Source: the human T2T-CHM13v2.0 reference genome, Homo sapiens. From it: 64,000 bases of DNA. The DNA is taken from assembly GCF_009914755.1 (NCBI RefSeq), contig NC_060934.1. One strand, written 5' to 3'. Under the pieces are notes generated by a model. It ran no database searches. It was not told the origin of the DNA and worked only from the letters and a program-made list of their open reading frames with translations. Positions 13,667 to 29,680 of this stretch are shown piece by piece. Position 1 is the first letter of the stretch; each line of letters starts with the position of its first letter. The position numbers were made by a program, and so were the translations under genes.

Positions 13667-13855
13667 GAACATTTTTTATTGACTACATTTTTAGAAAACA
13701 ATGATACATACATATGTCCTGTTAATAGATTTTGAAAGTTACATTTTATTTGTACAAATTAGATATGATGGCTTATCAATCTTTCACCCTGATAAGGATT
13801 TATAGCAAAATTATCTATAAACAGATTTCTAATAAAATACCCTATCTAAAGTTTC

Positions 13856-13922
13856 TTCACTCTGTGCTTTGTATATTATATAATAAATATTATGTATTTA
13901 TTCACTCTGTGCTTTGTATATT
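13856..13922 (+). repeat. Exact 22-bp direct repeat (13856-13877 and 13901-13922) upstream of exon 3
   Basis: ttcactctgtgctttgtatatt occurs twice, period 45. Confidence 0.95.
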
Positions 13923-13955
13923 TTAATTTGAAAAATATTTCATATTCATTTTCAG

Positions 13956-14069
13956 TCCAAATGCAGTGTTAAGATTAAGATTCAATCATTTTGCTACAGA
14001 ATGTAGCTGGGATCATATGTATGTTTATGATGGAGATTCAATATATGCACCTTTAATAGCTGTACTTAG
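13956..14069 (+). CDS. ATRNL1: ATRNL1 exon 3, 114 nt, CUB domain
   Basis: ttttcAG / GTgagt; (Y)PNAVLRLRFNHFATECSWDHMYVYDGDSIYAPLIAVL(S); frame continuous with the previous exon; phase 2-2. Confidence 0.97.
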
Positions 14070-15829
14070 GTGAGTAATTATATTTAATCAGTTGCAGAAA
14101 AGTGACTGTGTAATTGCTTCTTTAAATATATATTGATATGTACTGCAAAATAAATTTAGTAAAGATATTGATAGTTACATTTCACAGATGATTATAATAC
14201 TTTGTTATGTGCTGTAACTGTCAATTTAGGTAATAATTATGTAAATATTGATATAACATAAATAAGTACTATATTGGAAATATAGATTTCTTTCTAAATA
14301 TTTTTTATTCTCATTGTATTTAGTTTATTCTTTTAAAGTGCCTTGAATATGTTTTCAGAACTATCTGGATATATTAGCGTGAGTTCTAGCTGACAAATAA
14401 ATAGACAAGTTTTGTTTTTTAATAGTTGTTTTTTTATTTTAGTGAAATGGTAAAATTTTAAATTCTGCATAAAAGGGTTAAGTTATGCTTTGTGCAATGA
14501 TTAATAAAGATGGAGTTTCTACCAATTGTCAAAATGTGAGAGTTTTATTTGTTTCAAAATATTTTATTGTTAGTCGTAAGGTAGATTATTAATTTTAAAA
14601 TTATAGCATTGTATCAATTTAAAAATCTTTTCTTGTGTATGTTTAGATTATTATAAAAAGTTTCGTGAATAGGAGAAAATCTATTAGACACAGAAAAAAT
14701 TATGAACATGTATAGATTTTATATATAATTTAACATGATTGTTGATAAGTTACTCATTATATTATTTACTTTTGCTATTTATACAATATCTGTTATATGT
14801 TCTGTCATTGCTGGAAATTTAAGTATGGATAAAAGCTTATTGGTCCCTTCAAAATATTTTCTTTCCAATTTTTCTTTTTATTATTCATGTGGCAAATATT
14901 CTATTTCATTCTATTCTAATACATTTTATTTTGTTCTATTTTATCAGGAATGTGAATTATTATTTTGGACAAAAATGTAACGACTTGTATTTCCTTAGGA
15001 GCTTAGGTACTTATTCTATGATATTGCTATTGCTTACATTTTTGAGTCATTTGAACATTAGAAAAAGGATAGCCATAAGCAGCCCTTCATCTAAGGACAA
15101 TAGAGAGAAAATAGAGTGGAGCCTTGCAAATAATTAGGTTGTAAGATAATTTATTGTAACAATTAAATTTGATCCTCAGTTCATACATTTATTTTTAGCA
15201 ATTTAAACATCACTTTGCTATCTTTACTCTATTTTTATGATACCGTTGACTGACCATCATTTAGATGTGTGCCTGTTCATTTGTTTATCTAGTAATTCTA
15301 ATTACTTTGTATTAATACTCATCCATTAGCATTCTTACCAACATTTTCTTGTTATTAAAGGAAGATAATTAGCAGGTGAGATTTAGTATATGGCTGTGAA
15401 GATGGAATTAGTGATTTCTCATTAGCAAGTGTTCTTGTTAGCCCTCCTAAGGGAAATGGAAAACTCATGTTTATTGATATTGAATATCCACTTGATGTTA
15501 AGCACTAGGCTAGGCAGTTTAAATGTCATCTAATCCTCACAAAGATCTCGTTGGGGGAGTACTAAGTACTATTATCCCCATTTTACAGTTGAGAAAATTG
15601 ACATTCAGAGAAGTTATTTGCTTCTAATAGATGGTAGAGCTAGGATTAGGACTTGAATCTCAATCTCCTGATTTAAAAGCATATGCTGTTTGTACTTCAT
15701 CTTGCTAAGAATTCAGAATCTAATATGTTTGAATTACTTCAATTGTATAAATATTTATTACTCAACATTTAATTACAGAGACTGTGTCACAGGCTTAGAG
15801 TACATAGTAAGGAAGAAGGCATAGGCTAT

Positions 15830-17110
15830 CGCAGTGGCTTTAGACACCAACTACCTGCAGTTGGGCTAGAACAGATTTCCTAGGTTAAGAGCACAGTCCT
15901 CTACAACAAGGGTCTCCTCTCCACCCCAGATCCCCGTACCAGTCCATGGCCTGTTAGCAACAGGGCTACACAGTAGGAAGTGAGTGGCGGGCAAGTGAGC
16001 AAAGCTTCATCTTTATTTACAGCTGCTCCCCACTGCTTGCATTACTGCCTGAGCTCCACCTTCTGTCAGATCAGCAGCGGCATTAGATTGTCATAGGAGT
16101 ACAGACCCTACTGTGAACTGTGCATGTGAGGGATCTAGGTTGCTCATTCCTTATGAGGTTCTAATGCCTGATGGTCTGTCACTGTCTCCCATCAGCCCCA
16201 GATGGGACCATCTAGTTGCAGGAAATCAAGTTCAGGGCTTCCACTGATTCTACATTATGGCGGGTTGTATAATTATTTGATTACATATTACAATGTAATA
16301 ATAATAGAAATAAAGTGCATAATAAATGTAATATGCTTGAATCATCCCAAAATCATCCTCCCCCGGTCTGTGGAAATTTTGTCTTCCATGAAACTGGTCT
16401 CTGGTTCCAAAAAGGTTGGGGATTGCTGCTCTATAACACTGCTGTCATTTCAGACACTAGCTGCAAGCTTGGTGCTCCCCACCTACTCTGACCATCTGGC
16501 TACATATTTAGGGGTTCCTACTCTGTCCTAAAAGTTTGATAATTCACTAGAATTATCATAGAACTCAGGAAAGTTCTACACTTATGACTATAGTTTTATC
16601 ATGAAGGATAGAAATCAGAGCCAGCCAAATAAAGGGATGCATAGAGTGAGGTCTGGGAGGATCATAAATGCAAAGCTTCTGGGTCCTCAGAATGTGTTAC
16701 CCACCCAGCACATCAACATGTATCACCAACAGGGAAGCTCATCTGAGCTTCAGGTGTCCAGAGTTTTATTGAAGTTTCATTATGTAGCCATGAGTGATTG
16801 AATCATTGGCCATGAGGCTGAACTCAAATCTCCAGCCCCTCCCATCCCCTTCTCTCTCGGGAAGTTAGGCTAATACCATATGGCCCCAACATTTTAATCA
16901 CATGGTTAGTGTTTCTGGAGTGGCCATCCCCTATTCTGAATTATATCTTTAGCTTAAATTAATTAGGGGCCCACCATGAGTCACCTCATTGGCATAAATT
17001 TTCAGGGCTCACCATGAATAGGAAGACACTCCCATCACTCAGGAAATTTCAAGAATTTAGAGGTTATGTCCCAAGAACTGGGGACAAAAGCCAGCCAAAT
17101 TCTTTAGTAT
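15830..17110. mobile_element. MER21-like LTR interrupted by MER1A
   Basis: ttaagagcacagtcc...ttcagacac.agctgcaag...gaactcaggaaa...ggggacaaa motifs; bounds approximate. Confidence 0.6.
15907..16428. mobile_element. MER1A hAT-Charlie element
   Basis: caaggg...ggttgggga.tgctg termini, about 520 bp; 8-bp TSD ctctacaa/ctctataa. Confidence 0.85.
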
Positions 17111-18276
17111 GCAGTAGTCATGCATTAGTGGGGGTATGTAAACAGATTTTTCACACAGCCTAGTTAGTGTTACAATCAGGTTATGAAGGAGTTCTATATA
17201 ATTTCAAAATAAATAACTAATCCTTCATGTTGACTTTCATCGTGAGTAAAAGTATGAAGTATGGGGGTCAGATAGGACATTCTAGAGAGAGAAAAGCATA
17301 TATACAAAGGTGTAGACACATTAAAGAGCATTATATTTTAGGGCAATAGTTGAAAGTTTTGAGTAACTTGATTGTAGGAACTGTGAAGGATACGTAGGAG
17401 TCACATTACCCCAAAACAGCAATCAGTGACATTTACTTAGTGCTCATTTTGTGCCAATGTACAGGAGTTCTTTATATGCATTAGTTTATTTAATCCTCAA
17501 AATAACCTTTAGGTAGGTATTAATATTGTAATTTTACAAATGCAGAATTGAGACACAGAGATTTTCTGTGAGTGGCCCGAAGGTTGCCTAGCTGGTAAGT
17601 CAGAATATGAATCAAGGTTATGTAATTATAGGTCCTAATCCCTTAATCACTGTAATATTGCTTGCTTGTACACCACACTAAAGAAGTTGGGCTTTTATTC
17701 TGTAGGCAAGAGTTTTTAGAATGTGGAGAATGCATTGGAATGGAGAAGTGTTATTATTTTTTTTTTTTACTGTGTGCTGGACAATTGTGTGTTGGACGTT
17801 GTTGTTTGGAAAATCATATATAGTAATAATTTGAGGCCTAGAAAGATTATATTCTTGCAGAGACTACCTGGGGACACTCGCAATCCATATTCAACTCAAT
17901 CCAAACTCAGATACTGAGGTGATTCATAGCTCAGCTGCAGTGCAGTCCTTTGGAGGGCCTAACTTTAGGTAGTTTGCTTTCACTTCCAACCATTGGAGTC
18001 CCAGTTCAACGTGAAGGCCTTGTGTTTCACTTTTTCTTTCCTTCATTCTGTAAAATCCCTGAAATTACCACCGAGTTTTTTTTAGCCCTTCAAATCTTAC
18101 CTCCAGCCTTGAAATCAGCAAATGCCAATAGGGTAAATGACCTCAATGCCTGGGCAGGCCTTCAAGCTGATTTTTTTGTTTTTATATAATTTGTCATTTT
18201 ACTAGATTTCAGTTGGTCCGAATTTCCTGGTGTATTATACAGTAAGTGGAAACTCTCTTTTATTTATTGTTTTTAA

Positions 18277-18614
<338 letters not shown>

Positions 18615-19849
18615 CAGACCTATTCTTTTTATCTTTTTCAGAGAGCGCTCAGAGACTAGCTGTATCTATTATAAAGACCTATTTTTAGTAATACTCACCT
18701 TTATATAATTTTATTACAATGAACAATATGTATGTATAACTTAAGACTGGTGTCATAGGGTTTGTATTGTTTTGAGAGTCTCATTTTAAAATCATTTGTT
18801 GCTTCACAAACGTAACCTAGTAGATGTAATAATAATTACTAAAGCGTTAAATCAAGAGTTGATTACTTTTTAACTTGTTTGCATTTGAGAATGTATTTTC
18901 TAAATCAATTATTTGACTATAATATTTCATTTATGTGTCAAATATGATTTGAATGGGGGAATTCAGTTCTTAGTGGTACCTAAACATAATTTTAACTGTT
19001 TAAAGGAATTGACCGTGTCGAGTTATATAATTTGTTTGTTAGCAGCTTCTTTTCTTTCACCAATTGCATGTTTTCATAGATTTAGAGAGGTTAGAACATA
19101 TAACTAAATGAAGATAGGTAATTTTCCTCATGAACAAGTATCCTTAAAAAGAAGTACAAGTTACCAGTTTAAAACTATTTTGTACATTTATATCTCCCCC
19201 ACCCCAAGTTTTTGTTTGTGTGCTTATGGGCTTATGTGAGCAATATTCTGTCTTGGAATAGTTATATATTAATGCAATTTGCATAGATATGCAAAATTAG
19301 AAAAACATTAAAGTCTATATAGTTTTAAATTTTTTGAAGTAAATATTTTAAATCACCTAGATAAATGTATTGGAAATGTACAGCTATAACTAGAATGTAA
19401 TTGTAATTGCTTAACTGATGTAGAGTGTCTTCCAGCTTCATCGGATTTTTAAACCAATCAGAATGAGTAAAGGTACAGGGTTTTATTAGAGTAGCAAGGT
19501 GACTTTAAGTGAAGTTTTATATGAATTAAGTGGAAGACTACCCTGTAGTATTATGACAGGATGGATAGCAGGACAAAAAGGAGAAATGAGACATTGCCTT
19601 ACAAATAGTGATAAGAAAAAAAATGGGGTACAGTGGCATGAGAGTAGATTTTAGTGTATTGGCAGCAGTAGTAGAACTAATTTAGTGAGAAATGGATAGG
19701 GACTTCTTTTAGATGTATTCTCCTTTTAGTTGCCCATTCTGACGTACAAGCATTACTGATCCTGGTAAGAATATTTCTGAGTAAATTTTATGTGCTTAAC
19801 AGTCTTATGTATATCTATACATACAATATTCAGTTTTGTTCTCTTTTAG

Positions 19850-19978
19850 TGGTTTGATAGTCCCTGAAATAAGGGGCAATGAAACTGTGCCTGAAGTTGT
19901 TACTACATCTGGCTATGCACTGTTACATTTTTTTAGTGATGCTGCGTATAATCTAACTGGTTTCAACATTTTCTATTC
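19850..19978 (+). CDS. ATRNL1: ATRNL1 exon 4, 129 nt, end of CUB domain
   Basis: ctcttttAG / GTaagt; (S)GLIVPEIRGNETVPEVVTTSGYALLHFFSDAAYNLTGFNIFY(S); phase 2-2. Confidence 0.97.
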
Positions 19979-20807
19979 GTAAGTATTTTTTAAAAATTCC
20001 TTCTTTTAATGATTCTTGTAATTTAATGTAAAAGAGGTTTTTTTTGTTTATTTTTATTAATGTCTTGTATACCAGAAGCAGGCTACCGTGTTAAATTTCA
20101 AATTAGTAGGCAGGATCCCTTCTTAAGTGACATAAAATCTTAATAATATGCCACAAAACGTGATCTAAACCTATAAGTTTGGTTGAAAATTAATTATGAA
20201 ATTGACAATTGTTTTTTGGCAAGTGATTAAGTAAACAAGTACTAGTGTAGCTTTACTGGTAGCAACAGATGTGGTGAGACTGCAGGGAGTTGTGAACTGC
20301 CTTTCAGTGCTCTAAGGTATATCACTTGTAATTTGAAGAGGATTATGGGAGCTAAGTTTTTGTAGTCCCTATTGCAGAGACTGTACTGAAAGCTATGCAT
20401 ACATTATGTCATTTAATTACCTTCAATTCTGTCAAGTGGGTATATTTCCCATTGACACATGAGGAAATTGTGGCTTAAGAGTTAAGTGGCTATACCACTA
20501 TCTCCTCTAAAATAAGAAAAGTAATATTCATTGAGAATCTATTATATGCCTGATACTTTATATACATTTTTATATCTAGAAGACTGAGGGTGAAGTAATG
20601 AGAGATGCTTTCACAGGAATGGCTAGAGAGGAAGTCTATATATTATTTTTTTCTTTTCTTCAGAATGTAGAAATTGGTAACCAGAGAATTTTTCACCAGA
20701 AATATTATAAATATCCTTGAATCAGCAATTTATTATGGAATTTATTTATCCTACAACGTATCCAAGTATGTATGCAAGGGAGAACAAATATATAGTAGAA
20801 TATAATC

Positions 20808-21100
20808 ACATGGTGGCTCACGCCTGTAATCCCAGCACTTTGGGAGGCCGAGGCGGGCAGATCACGAGGTCAGGAGATCAAGACCATCTTGGCTAACACG
20901 GTGAAACCCTGTCTCTACTAAAAATACAAAAAAATTAGCCAGGCATGGTGGCGGGCGCCTGTAGTCCCAGCTACTCGGGAGGCTGAGGCAGGAGAATGGT
21001 GTGAACCTGGGAGGCGGAGCTTTCAGTGAGCCGAGATCGCACCACTGCATTCCAGCCTGGGCGACAGAGCGAGACTGTGTCTCAAAAAAAAAAAAAAAAA
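20808..21100 (+). mobile_element. AluY, slightly 5'-truncated
   Basis: AluY diagnostics (ggctaacacggtgaaa, gaatgg.gtgaacc, gcggagctt); A18 tail. Confidence 0.93.
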
Positions 21101-21582
21101 GAGTCTTAAAGCTAAATATGATAAACATACCTTTTCTTCAATAACAGTGTATGGGTGATAGCATGCTCTTTTATATTATACAACCAAGTTATATCTTGAC
21201 TTCTCATATAGTTTTGAATTTTCATGAATTTAATTTTTTTCTGTAAAATATACAATCAAAACATTGAGTACTTAAGTCTTTACAAAACATTTTGCCTGGA
21301 ACCGTACAGATCCTGCAGATGTTGAGCATGTAGTCGTTAGACATTTGGAGTCTTGGTATCAAAGTAAATCTGTTGAATAAAATAAGACCAACTGCAAATA
21401 AATACTAACAATTTCATAAGAGTAAGAGGGTACAGAGTAAAGAATTAAAACTACATTGTGAAATTCTGTTACATTTATAAGCACATAGGACACAGTATAA
21501 AAATTATAAAGTTTATGATGTATCAACCAAAATTCTTTTTCAATTACCTTGAATCTGAATATATATGAATTATATTTTACAG

Positions 21583-21791
21583 AATCAATTCTTGTCCTAA
21601 CAATTGCTCTGGTCATGGGAAGTGTACAACTAGTGTCTCTGTTCCAAGTCAAGTATATTGTGAATGTGATAAATACTGGAAGGGTGAAGCTTGTGATATT
21701 CCTTACTGTAAAGCCAATTGCGGCAGTCCAGATCACGGTTACTGTGACCTGACTGGAGAAAAATTATGTGTCTGCAATGATAGTTGGCAAG
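21583..21791 (+). CDS. ATRNL1: ATRNL1 exon 5, 209 nt, EGF-like repeats
   Basis: ttttacAG / GTaagc; INSCPNNCSGHGKC...CECDKYWKGEACDIPYCKANCGSPDHGYCDLTGEKLCVCNDSWQ(G), with EGF cysteine spacing; phase 2-1. Confidence 0.97.
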
Positions 21792-24172
21792 GTAAGCATG
21801 TGTGGTGTGATGGCTTTTGAAACATTGATTCATATATGTAATAGATTAATACAAATTCCACACGTTTGTTTCGTTATAGTTTGCACACCCAAGCCTTATA
21901 TATTTACTTTTATTTTTAGAATGTTCAGATTAATAATCAACTTCTTAATAATTTTTTTGTCACAAATAGAATTAATTGGCAAAGATTTTGTCTCCATACT
22001 ACTTTGAAGATCAAATGAAGTTATATATGAAACTGAATTGTTAGGTGTGTGATAATTATGGTCTTCTGTAATTTGTTGTTGAATCTCCCCAAATTTGGTG
22101 ACTTCACTGAATTTAATGTGGTGCATTCAAATTTGATTTATAAGGGTAATATAAATAGTATACTACAAAAATAAATGTTCAAAGGGACTGCAGTATATGA
22201 AACTTATTTCTTAGGAAAGGCTGACATCTTGTGGCTATTTTAAAAAGAACTAGACTATTTTTAAAAGTATTTTAGCTGCCTATTGCAGAAGTCAGATACC
22301 TAGGAAAGAATTTCTAAGTAATTTTTATAAATATCTATCATCAAAGATTAAGTTTAGACTACAGTGAAGAATGTTGGCTTATTTATCTGTATATAAAATA
22401 ATAAATATTGTCATTATGAAATTAAGAGATATGCTTATACATATACCTACCCACCTAGAGCTTACTTTTTGCTAGTTACATTTACCTATGAAGAGCTTCC
22501 TTTGTGCCAACATATTAATCCTGTTGAAATAGGGAAATTTGACTCAATAATTACATAACCTGAAGTACTTGATTATGTATTATTATAACACAGTGTAATA
22601 AATAGTAGCAATAGTTCCCAAGTTAAAAACCAAAGAGAACATACTCTTCATGAAGTTGTATTCATTATTCCTGAGATGACCTTTTCAAAAAAGTGTTGTT
22701 GGGTATGTTGAGTACTTACTTAGAGGAATTATTTTAGGCTTTGTGTAAATTATGCCTGTCTTAAGCTCATGTTAGCTCATTAAAAAATATTAGGTATGTC
22801 AACTGCACAAAAGATCTATGATTTCTTATTAAATCGAATTTGGTTACCAATTGCAATTATGTCAGATGCAAATTTCTAAATGTTTTGTAATTACAGGGAC
22901 ATGTATTTTAAGTGACTCTTTTAATCATTTATGACTTTTCTTCCCCCCAAAAGTGCCTTGAGATGTAATTTTATTTTCATTTCTGTCGTGAAACTAAAAT
23001 AACTGTCTTTTCTATAGAGACAGTGGTGTATCCATATTATATTTGATTTAAGGCCTGAGAAATAGAAATATAGCTCATATACACAGTATTTTTCAAACTG
23101 GTCTTCAATTGCTATTAGTCTCCACCTCATTTCAGCAGTCTTAAAAGCAAATGAGGAATACATTTGTATAACATTCTCTGTGAACAACTCTGCCCCTTTT
23201 CTGTTTTTTACTTACTTTCATTAGTCCTTCTTTGAAATGCTTTATTTTGTGTAAGTCTTGTAATATAGATCTGATTCAAAGTATTAAGAATTTTTTTCTG
23301 GCCTTTGTTTTTTGGCCTTTTCATATCCTATTATTCTCATCTGTAATGTCCCAAATCATAAGAATTCCTGAATCTAATATGTCTATAAGCAAATGGAAAT
23401 GAGGAAGCAAATACTGGGTATGTTCACTTTTAAAGCAAAGTTATATTATCAGTAGTCTAAGAACTACTTGTCTGTGTGTGTGTATGTGTGTGTGTATGCA
23501 TATATACACATATATTTATAACTACATATATATTTTATATGGAGAATAGTGTGAAAGTGCTTTGTAAATTATAAAACGCAGAAATAAGACAATTTTATAC
23601 CATTTTCTTAATAATTAAGGAAATGATTTCTGAATTGATATGTTTGAAGGAGGCCTTGTAAATGAGATAATATGGTGTTTTCAAGACAAATTATGTGCAG
23701 ACTGGTTACTTTGTGCCTCAAACTGATCCTGATTCTGTATTTAAGGAAGCATAGCTCCAAAGAAGGTAGGATTGTGAGCAAACTCATTTAGGGGAAAATG
23801 ATGTTTTTATTTCAGATATATATAGAATGGGAAGGAATCAGTGAGGTAAGAAGAGGAGATAGATTTGCTTCTAGGACAAATGGGGAATGATCAAAGAATG
23901 AGAGACATGTGAAAATGCGGACTGCCGAGGCAATCTTTATGAGGTTCAAAATCTGGTAGTTTTATACAAGGTGTTATTTGGAACTGGATTATTTAGGTTA
24001 GAGTAACAGATTGTTGTTACCTCCATTATATTTTATCCTTTGTTGTTGCTTGACTACTTATTCTGTTTGGCTGTATGCCTAATGTATATTTTTTAAAAAT
24101 GAGTGTTACCCTCTAGAAACTTGGGTTTTATTAAGATAACACAGAGGAAAAACCTAGCTTTATATTAAGTCC

Positions 24173-28036
<3,864 letters not shown>

Positions 28037-28104
28037 GTATGTTAAGTCTTGAGTTCCTTCCTAACATTTCTCTTTTGCTTAACCTACCTGGTCTTGTGTG
28101 TCAT

Positions 28105-28396
28105 TTTTTTTTCTTTGGTTTTTCTTTTTCTTGGAGATAGGATCTCACTCTGTGGCTCAGGCTAGAGTGCAGTGGCATGATCGCAGCTCTTTGCAGCGTT
28201 GACCTTCCATGCTGAAATGATCCTCCCAACTCAGCCTCCGGAGTAGCTGGCACCACAGGTTGCACACCACCATTCCCAGCTAATTAAATTGTTTTTTTTT
28301 TTTAGAGATGAGATCTTTCTATGTTGCTCAGACTGGTCTCAAACTCCTGGGCTCCAGTGATCCTCCCACCTTGGCCTTTAGAGTAGCTGGGACTAC
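28105..28396 (-). mobile_element. AluJ (degenerate)
   Basis: Alu dimer with J diagnostics (gatcctccca..tcagcc, aactcctgggctc). Confidence 0.85.
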
Positions 28397-28544
28397 TCGA
28401 GGGCACACAAGTTTGTTGTATAATATTTAATTTTGTCATAAAGTATAGTTGTCAAAGATAATGATATATACATATTAAATATATGACTAAAAGTATAGGG
28501 ACCTGTGTAGACTCATCTGCTTCTATGACAGTAAAATAAAAAAA

Positions 28545-29124
28545 ATAGACTTCATAGTTTGAGGTTCACAGGAAAATTGAGCAGAAGGTACAGAGAATTC
28601 CCATTTACCTCCTGCCCCAATGCATACACAGCTTCTCTCATTATCAGTATCTCCCACCAGAGTGTATATTCATTACAGTTCATGAGCTCACACTGACAAA
28701 TCATTATCAACCAAAGTCATAGTTTACATTAGCATTCACTGTCAGTGTTGGACATTCTGTGGGTTTGGACAAATGTATCATTACATGTATCCACCATTAT
28801 AGTATCAACAGAATAGTTTTTTTAACCTAAAAATCCCCTATGCTCTGCCTATTCATTCTTTCCTCTCCCTACCCCTGCCAACCACTGATCTTTTTACTGT
28901 CTCCACAATTTTGCCTTTTCCCAAATATCATATGGTTGTAATCATACAGTATGTAGCTTTTTATGATTGGCCTTTTTGACTTGACAAGATATGTTTAAGT
29001 TTCCTCCATGTCTTTTTATGGCTTGATAGCTAATTCCTTTTCAGCACTGAATAATATTCCATTATATGGATGTACCACAGTTTGTTTATCCATTCACCTA
29101 CTGAAGGACATCTTGGTTGCTTCT
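28545..29124 (-). mobile_element. Old L1 (L1MB-like) 3' fragment
   Basis: Antisense L1M 3' UTR motifs (ggttcacaggaaaattgagcagaaggtacagagaattccc). Confidence 0.7.
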
Positions 29125-29345
29125 GTAAAATTTGTTTAAATTTTAGTAAGTCACCTGAGGGAAAAAGGCAACTTTGAAAAGAACTGATCTCTTAAAATGG
29201 CTTCCAAACATTGGGATAGAAGAGCAATTTTTATAACACATGAAAAGCAAGATATAAGAAATTGAATTCATGTTCATGTGTAAAGAACACAATAGAACAG
29301 TAATTTTCAAAGTACTCTGTTTTATATAACTTTTAAAAAATCTGA

Positions 29346-29458
29346 GGAGGCTGAGGCAGGAGAATCACTTGAACCCAGGAGGTGGAGGTTGTGAGCCAAG
29401 ATCGCACCATTGCACTCCAGCCTGGGCAACAAGAATGAAAATCCATCTCAAAAAAAAA
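29346..29458 (+). mobile_element. 5'-truncated Alu (right-arm fragment)
   Basis: ggaggctgaggcaggagaatc...ccatctcaaaa; TSD aaaaaatctga on both sides. Confidence 0.88.
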
Positions 29459-29680
29459 TCTGAATGATGGGAGGTCTTTGGTTGAAAGCAACAGAAACAA
29501 TCTGGCTTACTTGAGCAGAAAAGTCAGTTATTGGAAAGTATGCAGAGACAGAGACTGCTGTCTCCCAGCATTCATTATAGAATTCTCATTGTAATAGAAT
29601 TCTCATTTAGCTCAGCACATGGCCTTCCATCTACATACCAAATTTCTCATGCTGCCTTGCAGCTAGTATGGCTATGTTAC

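Noticed and set aside
21359-21833. Antisense and alternative-frame ORFs over exon 5
   Set aside because: Shadow ORFs of the true exon in AT-rich sequence, with no recognisable protein features.
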